Origin: Myxococcales bacterium
GTDB taxonomy: Bacteria; Myxococcota_A; UBA9042; JABWCM01; BTVJ01
Direction of reading: 5' to 3'
NCBI GenBank assembly: GCA_045863395.1
Contig: BTVJ01000101.1
Location: forward strand, 1 to 24,887
Length of the DNA: 24,887 nucleotides
This document shows positions 19,301 through 24,887 of this stretch, piece after piece. Made by a program: the position numbers and the translations under genes. Positions within the stretch are counted from its first letter, which is position 1. The number at the start of each line of letters is the position of its first letter. Under the pieces are notes generated by a model that saw nothing but the letters and a program-made list of their open reading frames with translations, ran no database searches and was not told where the DNA came from.

Positions 19301-20097
19301 CGCCTCACGATCTCAGCCGGGCTGCCTCGAATCGGGAGCTCACCCGTCAGGAGCTGGAACACGAGGCAACCGAGCGCGTAGAGGTCGGACGCGGGCGTGC
19401 AAGACTCACCAAGACAGCGCTCCGGCGCCATGTAGGGGAGCGTGCCCGACACCACGCCGACCATGCTCGCCGCCAGTGGGTCGGCGATCCGGATGGAGAG
19501 GCCGAAGTCGAGGACGCGCACCTGGCCCGCGACGTCCACCATGACGTTGGACGGCTTGAGGTCGCCGTGGACGATGCCGTGGCTGTGCAGGAACTCGAGC
19601 GCGTCGGCGAGCTGGCCGATGACTGCCTCGAGCGCCTCGAGTTCGCAGGCGACGGGCCCGGGCCTCCGAAGCGGAGGGCCGTCGCAGTCGGAGGCCCGCA
19701 GCACAGACGGGAGCTGCAGGTCGCCCAGCGTGTCGGGGGTGCTGTCCTCCGTGTCGCCCATGTCCTCCGGCAGCAGGAGCTGCACGAGGTCCTGCCCCTG
19801 GATCAGCTCCATGGTGAAGAACCACAGGGCGCCCTCGCGGGCCAGGTCGCGCGGAGTCACGAGGTTCGGGTGCCGCAGCTCTGCGATGACCCGAAACTCC
19901 TGCTTGAAGCGCAGCAGGCGCGCGGGGTCGGCGCTGCGCATGGTCTTCAGCGCCAGATGGGCACCTGTCTCGCGGTCCTCGACCTCGTAGACAGCGCCCA
20001 TGCCGCCGGACCGGAGTGGACGCACGAGCCGATACCGGTCGGTGCCACGAAACGGTGGTCCGGAGTCTGCCGCATCGCGCCAGGTCGAGTCGCTCAT
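16327..20097 (-). CDS. Hanks-type Ser/Thr protein kinase with P-loop (AAA_16/STAND-like) ATPase and helical TPR-like C-terminus
   Basis: SGGMGAVY, ALK, HGDLKPSN, DFG, GTLPYMAPE, SDLYALG; Walker A GPSGIGKT; Walker B LVLDDLQWAD. Confidence 0.93.
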   Translation of the reverse strand: MSDSTWRDAADSGPPFRGTDRYRLVRPLRSGGMGAVYEVEDRETGAHLALKTMRSADPARLLRFKQEFRVIAELRHPNLVTPRDLAREGALWFFTMELIQGQDLVQLLLPEDMGDTEDSTPDTLGDLQLPSVLRASDCDGPPLRRPGPVACELEALEAVIGQLADALEFLHSHGIVHGDLKPSNVMVDVAGQVRVLDFGLSIRIADPLAASMVGVVSGTLPYMAPERCLGESCTPASDLYALGCLVFQLLTGELPIRGSPAEIVRRRQREPPPRVESYVTGVPAEWAALCRGLMAIDPAARPGLDAVRRLAAGSRAVARPVASVFVGRTRETAAIRSALARALASRKQLITVSGPSGIGKTTLARMTVPWARQSGFLCFEGRCFDRERVPYLVLDRVVDDVVLAVREWPAERRAKVLPLLRPLLPMFPTIEALTGPPREEEAGRGRERARLAIDSFAMLLDVFQELAPILLVLDDLQWADDGSLDLLAAALEGATGRIAVLGLIRSDCVTDARALQKLERFSMRSEGGLALALGRLGTEEAAELLSTVAGTKLSPEGALALARQTDGHPFLTSRLAEYLAAGATAAKGVTASAEGATVEVGADTSPNVESLLDAMITTLGDSAEEVLALTVTAGGELSTSTLRAASGLGATELDDALADLAALRFVATTRAPETSVRHVGLYHERIGEAASARLSPERSRALHRRLAETLEATGEDAEQLYRHWTGAGDLERRRRYAALAAAQAESRLAFVRAAELFSVTLEDTAPDAATPQSAACWERIGTLFEYGGRPNEAVDAFGRALRCWQVVSADHPDRRASLLRVVGQLGESLTAVGRVREGASACAEGLALLDLSLTRGALKQIGVILWLGLRLLALDLVPERLLPLRRTSQGAMERVRRLDQIGRALMPLWWMPAAELSLRAELLARRLDAKEAVVRSLFLRVVRKALSFRLSGRRIRQCQELLDQGDRLAAEGQDVDGLALMRQARSFLWLNVDPVRAVRSVETGLSLLEQAGKVDGRDAEFARGFRIVGLVTTGRYQAALDAIARERARVHVSVQLLREAALQEVWILASCGRVEEAAQCLEAAEVDLADVPPCRVTALLTLVRWRIWLARASFEEILGQRSVLLGRPDPLGASLTPNEVSVATWVAIEAAAGAAATGTLSARDRRWALHRAGRLARTERRDLAGLGDRVAALIHHHSGSPRRAARDLRRCLERSRDNDQPYHRWLCLEASRTLGRMTVDESEEAADLLEHGGFRL

Positions 20098-21824
20098 TCA
20101 GCGATGCGTCTGCGTCTCAGGTTGAGGAGCGTCAGGTGCTTCCCGAGCCCCCCCGCAGACACCTGCAGAGCGCGGGCCGTTGCAGCGACGTCCCCGCCGT
20201 TCGCGAGGCTCGCAGTCGCGATCTCCTCCTCCGTGAGCTCCGCAGGGCGCTTGATCCCGAAGTCGCTCAACAGCTTGCCGAGGGTGGTACGTGACAGCCC
20301 GGCTTCGGAGGCCGCCCGTGTCCGGTTGAAGCCCACGGCCTCGAGCTGGCGATACAGGGCCTCGGCGACCGCGGCGCGTATGCGGTCCGCGTGGTCCGCG
20401 TCGCTGCCCTCACCGCGCCGCGTGTGAAGCTCCGCCAGCGCCGTGGGCGGCAGGAGCTTCACCACCGTCTTGTGGGCCAGCCCCAACAGCGCCGTCACCT
20501 CCGCCGTCGCGGCGGAGACCTCGATCAGCGGCTCGGACACGGGTCCCGTGGCCGAGTGACCCACGTCGTCGTCGGGCTCCGCGAAGACGCCCGCCTGCAT
20601 CGTGGCGCGCGCGACGCGCTCGGCGTAGTGCTGCAGCTCCCGCACGTTGCCGGACCAGGAGCGACGCATGAGGCTCGCGAAGAACCGGATGGGGATCGTC
20701 GGCCGCCACTGCCGCGCCCCGCTCCAGAGCCAGGCCAGGTCTGCGTGCCGCTCGCGCAGCCGCCTCAGGAAGCACATGAACAGCTCGGGGACGTCCAGGC
20801 GCCGCAGGTCGAGCGCAGGCACGCGAAGACGATGCCCGGCGAGCCGGTGGTACAGATCCTCCCGCAGTCGCCCGGCGGTCACCTCGGTGATCGGGTCCCT
20901 GTTCGTGGCGGCAATGAGCCGCGCGTCACACTGACGCGCGCGGTGCCCGCCCACCGCAACGACCTGGCCGTCCTGCAGGACCCGGAGGAGCTTCGGCTGT
21001 ACGGACGGCGGGAGCTCGCCGAGCTCGTCCAGGAACAGGCTCCCCCCGTGCGCCGCAAGGAACAGCCCAGGCTCGTCATGATCCGCGCCCGTGAAGGCGC
21101 CCTTACGGTGCCCGAAGAAGAGGCTCTCAGCGAGCCGCTCCGGGAGCGCCCCGCAGTTGACGGGCACGAACGGCCCGCGGGCACGCGCACCGGACGCGTG
21201 GATGGCACGGGCGACGAGCTCCTTGCCGGTCCCCGTCGGTCCTGTGAGCAACGTCGGGCCATCGAACCCCGCCACGGCGACCACGTCATCGCGGAGCTGC
21301 CAGAGGAGCTCGCTCTCCCCCACGAGACCCAGGCGGTCGGCGCCAGGCCGCAGGGTCGCCACTTCCAGCGCGACGAGGGTGCGGTCCCCGAAGGCGAGGC
21401 ACGACCCGGGCGCCACCCGCGCGGGACCGGTGAGCACCTCGACGGCCTCGTCCTGCCGGCGCGCCGGATCCACGACGCTGACGAGCCGCTTGGCGTCCGG
21501 GTCAGGCGTCACCTCGAAGCACTGGTCGCGGACGAGCCAGCGGATGCGCGCCTGACGACGGCTGACGGCCGGGTCTTCGATGGAGAGCTGCCGCTGATCG
21601 CCGGCGGGCGCGCGGAACAACGGCTCGAGACGGCCCACGAGCAGCGCGGCCCGCTCGTCGGTGGGGAAGGCCTCCGGCTCGGTCAGGTCGCCGATGCGGT
21701 CCAGGTCGACGTGGTACAGGATGCGGAGGCGAGGGAACGGACGCCCATCCCGTCTTCCGGAGGTCGACGACGACCAGCCATCGCTGATGCCGTCGAGCGT
21801 GTGTGTCTCGGTGTGGGTCGCCAT
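20094..21824 (-). CDS. sigma54-dependent enhancer-binding protein with FHA-like N-terminus and two C-terminal HTH-like motifs
   Basis: VGR...DPAVSRRQ (FHA-like); GPTGTGKE, ESLFFGHRKGAFTGA, LFLDE, REDLYHRL, WSGNVREL; HTH-like FNRTRAASEAGLSRTTL and GDVAATARALQVS; ATGA overlap with the kinase; start ATG 21824 (alternative TTG 21845). Confidence 0.93.
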   Translation of the reverse strand: MATHTETHTLDGISDGWSSSTSGRRDGRPFPRLRILYHVDLDRIGDLTEPEAFPTDERAALLVGRLEPLFRAPAGDQRQLSIEDPAVSRRQARIRWLVRDQCFEVTPDPDAKRLVSVVDPARRQDEAVEVLTGPARVAPGSCLAFGDRTLVALEVATLRPGADRLGLVGESELLWQLRDDVVAVAGFDGPTLLTGPTGTGKELVARAIHASGARARGPFVPVNCGALPERLAESLFFGHRKGAFTGADHDEPGLFLAAHGGSLFLDELGELPPSVQPKLLRVLQDGQVVAVGGHRARQCDARLIAATNRDPITEVTAGRLREDLYHRLAGHRLRVPALDLRRLDVPELFMCFLRRLRERHADLAWLWSGARQWRPTIPIRFFASLMRRSWSGNVRELQHYAERVARATMQAGVFAEPDDDVGHSATGPVSEPLIEVSAATAEVTALLGLAHKTVVKLLPPTALAELHTRRGEGSDADHADRIRAAVAEALYRQLEAVGFNRTRAASEAGLSRTTLGKLLSDFGIKRPAELTEEEIATASLANGGDVAATARALQVSAGGLGKHLTLLNLRRRRIAE

Positions 21825-21864
21825 GGGTTGGGATCGGCCAGTCAACGAGTCCCGGCTCGTGCTT

Positions 21865-22152
21865 CTACGTCAGGATGCACAGTAGTGATGACCTAGGGTG
21901 CCACGCCGCGCCACCGGGCGTCAAGGGTCCGGCGGCGCACTGCTGCGGGAGCTGCGCGTCGGGCGGCGGCTCCTCTCCGTCGTCCGCGTCGAGGAGGCCG
22001 CGTCGGCACAGCGAGGTGTGAACCCGCTCGAAGATGGCTGCGACCAGGGTCGTGATGTCCTCGTTGCTCGGCGGAGCGCACCGCACGAAGCTGGCCCCCG
22101 AGCCGTCCGGGCTCTCCGCGTAGGCCCCGTCGGGCGCGAGGATGTGCAGGTG
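21865..22152 (-). pseudogene. IS91/ISCR-family (HUH, Y2) transposase remnant, downstream piece
   Basis: HLHILAPDGAY...F....P.....L...I..RV...L.RRGLL resembles the IS91/ISCR H.H.L..DG.Y region; the frame ends before any catalytic Tyr region. Confidence 0.75.
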
Positions 22153-22691
22153 AACCATCAAACGGCACCACTCAGAATGCCGCGTGTTTGGTCGTGATTC
22201 GCTATCCGTTTCATCCGCTCCATGGACGCGACCTTCAGCGGGTGACGAGCCGGCGTAGCCCTCCCGGTGTTGTGGCGGTGGTCGACCCGAAGGGACGTTG
22301 GCTCACCGTGCCCGAGTGGATGTTTGGCGCGGAAGCGGAGCTGCTCACTGTCACGGCGGAGCCGGTGGTCGATACCCGCGCGCTGGTGCGGGTCGCGGAG
22401 CTGCTCGGCATGCCAGCCGGCGGCGAAGGTGACGTTGCGGGTAACGTGTCCCAAGGACCCAAGCCTGGAGGACACGAACATGCAGCTCGAACTCGATCTG
22501 GGGCGACCGGTGGGCGCGAAGGAAGGGGAGCTGGCGTTGCCGGCGCCCACTCGGTTGGAGGTGATCGCACGGATGGCGGAGGCGATTCTCGCCGTGGCTG
22601 CGAGGCTCGACGCAGAGTCGGACGGGGCGGAGGCCCTGGTACGTCCCACGGCGGTGAGCCGGACGGCAGCGGAGGAGGAGGTGCGCGATGA
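22152..22691 (+). CDS. Element-associated small protein with YPFHPL.G motif (DUF5372 / Y4bD-like, from recall); no good start in the integrated state
   Basis: TTQNAACLVVIRYPFHPLHG...VPEWM...ALVRVAELL; frame is open back through the left junction; only TTG 22188 or GTG without an evident RBS. Confidence 0.65.
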   Translation, partial: EPSNGTTQNAACLVVIRYPFHPLHGRDLQRVTSRRSPPGVVAVVDPKGRWLTVPEWMFGAEAELLTVTAEPVVDTRALVRVAELLGMPAGGEGDVAGNVSQGPKPGGHEHAARTRSGATGGREGRGAGVAGAHSVGGDRTDGGGDSRRGCEARRRVGRGGGPGTSHGGEPDGSGGGGAR

Positions 22692-22695
22692 GTGA
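22480..22695 (+). CDS. Small hypothetical protein (71 aa) translationally coupled to the recombinase
   Basis: GGAGG at 22467-22471, ATG at 22480; MQLELDL...EEEVRDE; stop overlaps recombinase ATG 22688. Confidence 0.7.
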   Translation: MQLELDLGRPVGAKEGELALPAPTRLEVIARMAEAILAVAARLDAESDGAEALVRPTAVSRTAAEEEVRDE

Positions 22696-24815
22696 GGACC
22701 GTCGTACTTCCAAGATCACGCCGGAGCACTTGTCGCGTCGTGCCATCGTGTACGTGCGGCAGTCCTCCGAGAGGCAGGTCCAGCACAACACGGAGAGCCA
22801 ACGTCTCCAGTATGCGCTCGGGGATCGCGCCTGATCGTTGGGCTGGCACCAGGTCGAGGTCGTCGATAGCGACCTGGGCGCGAGCGCGGGGCTGGGCGCC
22901 GCTCGCCGCGCTGGATTCGACCGCGTCCTGGCGGCCGTCGCCCGCGGCGAGGTCGAGATCGTGCTGGCCAGGGAGGCTTCTCGGCTCTCCCGGACAGACA
23001 AGGACTTCTGCCGTCTGTTGGAGCTGTGCCAGGTGTTTGGTACCCATCCTGGGCGATGCCGATCAGGTGTACGATCCGGCGCTCATGGACGACCAGCTCA
23101 TCCTCGGGATCAAGGGAACCCTGAGCGTCGTGGAGCTTCGGGTGATGCGGATGCGGCTCGTCCAGGGGATGCGCAGCAAGGCGGCACGCGGTGAGCTGTA
23201 CACGCTGCTGCCACCGGGCTACGAGTTGGACGGGGACCGGCGGCCGGTGATGGATCCGAACGAGCGGGTCCGCAACGCCATCGCCGACGTGTTCGCCGTC
23301 TTCCGAAAGACGTGGAGTGCACGACAGACGCTGCTGCTGTTTCACGGGGAGGATCGTCTTGTCCCGGTCCGCAAGCACTCGGGAAACCGTGCGACCCTCG
23401 TGTGGCAGCTCCCGACCCAGAGCTACTTGACCGACATGCTCTCGAATCCCTGGTATGCTGGTGCCTATGTTTGGGGACGCCGCAGGACGGAGCTCAGCTA
23501 TCGCGACGGCGTCCTCGTTCGTCGGACGGGTCGCAAGCGGCGCCCCGAGGAATGCGACGTGCTGCTGCGCGACCACCACGACGGATACATTACCTGGGAG
23601 CAGTTCGAGGAGCACAGGCGCATCATGAGCCGAAACAGCCGTGTCATCGGCGGGAGCGATGCGTCGCCCGTGAGGCGAGGCGGCGGCCTGCTGGTCGGCC
23701 TGCTGCGATGTGGGCGATGCGGACGCATGCTCCACGTCCACTACTGGCGTCGGTCCGGGAGCGCCGGCGAGTATCTATGCGGTGGCACGTATCAGTCCGG
23801 CGGGGAGTATTGCCTCAGCTTCGCAGGACGCGGAGTCGACCAGGCGTTCTCTGCCGAGATCCTTCGCGTCATCTCCCCCTGGAGTCTGGCGGCGAGCGAG
23901 GCGGCTCTCGAGCGACGAGCCGAAGACGACGATGCTCGACGTCGGGCGGTCGAACTGCATCTGCGCCAGGCGGAGTACGAGGCCCAACGATCCTTCGAGC
24001 AGTACAACGAGGCGGATCCACGGAACCGGCTCGTCGCCGCGGAGCTCGAGCGACGCTGGAACGTCAAGCTCGAAGAGCTGGGCCGCATCCGGTCGAGTCT
24101 TGAGGCGCTCCCCACGCGACGAGTCGGGGACACTCCCGAAGTGCAGAAGACCATCGCATGGCTGGGGGAGCACTTCGACCACGTCTGGACCAGCGACACG
24201 TGTACGCCCGAGCTGCGCAAGCAGAACGTCCGGACGCTCATCGAGGAAGTCATCGCCAACTACGACGATGACACGCGACATCTACGATTCACGATCCACT
24301 GGAAGGGCGGAGCACACAGCCACTTGGACGTGACGAAGCCGGCAGCGGGGAAGGCGCAGGCGACCTCGGATGGCGACCTGGACGTCATCGCCAAGCTCGC
24401 GGTGCGCTATGGCGACGACGACATCGCGCACGTCCTGACTCGCCTTGGACGCAAGACCGGCAAGGGGTTGCGCTGGACCCGAGAGCGAGTCAAGTCTGCC
24501 CGGTCTCGCGCCGGCATCGCTGGCCGAACCAAGACGCTGGAGGATCCCGACCTGCTGAACATGAACGCAGCCGCGCGCTACTGCGGTGTCAGCGACACCA
24601 CCATCCGGCGCCTCGTGGAGGCGAGGCTCGTGGCGAATCACCAGACAGTCCCGTGGGCTCCCTGGGAGGTCCCCCGAGCCGACCTGGATGCCGAGCCCGT
24701 ACAGCGCATCGTGCGGCACCTCAGAAGCACCGGCCGCCTCGTCCTGGACCTGGGCTGTTCGACGTCTCAGATGGAACTTCTCGTGGAGTTTCAAGGAGGT
24801 AGCAATGACAGGTAG
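22688..24815 (+). pseudogene. Large serine recombinase (resolvase catalytic domain, recombinase domain, Zn ribbon, coiled coil, C-terminal HTH), disrupted
   Basis: ATG 22688 reads MSEDRRTSKITPEHLSRRAIVYVRQSS...QY; in-frame TGA at 22832-22834; ASRLSR; extra C in 23043-23045 shifts into ILGDADQVYDP; LRCGRCG..YLC..YC; NMNAAARYCGVSDTTIRRLV; ~708 aa if repaired. Confidence 0.9.
24794..24807 (+). promoter_or_regulatory. Outward-facing Shine-Dalgarno plus ATG at the element's right end
   Basis: AGGAGGT (24794-24800), agca, ATG (24805-24807), overlapping the last recombinase codons. Confidence 0.65.
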
Positions 24816-24820
24816 TCTGC

Positions 24821-24886
24821 GTGCAGGTCTAACGTCGCGGCGTCGGCCGCTCGCTGCACGACCACGACGGAGCCGGGGTGGCAACG
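24821..24886 (-). pseudogene. IS91/ISCR-family transposase remnant, upstream piece (runs off the window)
   Basis: Minus frame RCHPGSVVVVQRAADAATLDLH aligns with the family pattern G.V..IQRFGSALNLN.H that precedes the HUH motif. Confidence 0.7.
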
Positions 24887-24887
24887 G

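Larger units (their letters stand above)
22150..24823 (+). mobile_element. Compact large-serine-recombinase integrative element (~2.67 kb; two small ORFs plus recombinase) inserted in the IS91-like transposase gene
   Basis: Transposase frame resumes on the far side; GTG is shared at 22150-22152 and 24821-24823; removing the insert restores QRAADAATLDLHLHILAPDG. Confidence 0.8.

Noticed and set aside
16327..20097. Kinase-ATPase-TPR as an Avs-type anti-phage system
   Set aside because: No nuclease or other toxic effector and no defence genes nearby; coupling to an FHA sigma54 activator points to signalling
22144..22151. 8-bp gtgcaggt (repeated at 24821-24828) as a DDE-type target-site duplication
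   Set aside because: Collapsing it would delete the first His of the HUH motif; better explained by the target's own ctgcac-ctgcac repeat plus a short GTG core, though not fully excluded
22832..22834. TGA as selenocysteine or programmed read-through
   Set aside because: Not a Cys-type position, and a separate frameshift follows; decay is the simpler explanation
22692..23045. N-terminus of the 707-aa recombinase ORF as supplied
   Set aside because: Wrong frame; catalytic motifs YVRQS and SRLSR are in the frame starting at 22688

Overview
GC-rich bacterial window, most likely Myxococcota/deltaproteobacterial (inferred from protein families and codon style). Left to right: (i) two tandem giant Ca2+-binding surface proteins on + (an Ig-like/FG-GAP/RTX/cadherin mosaic cut by the window edge, and an FG-GAP/VCBS + Ig-like + thrombospondin type-3 protein); (ii) a minus-strand signalling cluster: FHA-type sigma54 enhancer-binding protein, Ser/Thr kinase-AAA-TPR, then a sigma54 promoter ahead of a Cys-rich lipoprotein multicopper oxidase, REC-adenylate cyclase, membrane histidine kinase and single-domain receiver, then a second sigma54 promoter ahead of a small Cys-rich lipoprotein. 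Both promoters have the same palindrome (GACCAnnTGGTCA) centred at about -87. (iii) A ~2.67 kb large-serine-recombinase element inserted in the HUH motif of an IS91/ISCR-like transposase remnant. Both element ends can be read from the sequence. Joining them restores the target and fuses an RBS+ATG from the right end in frame to a start-poor ORF at the left end, suggesting a gene completed only on the excised circle. This recombinase copy has a nonsense codon and a +1 frameshift. All calls come from reading motifs by eye; no database searches were run.
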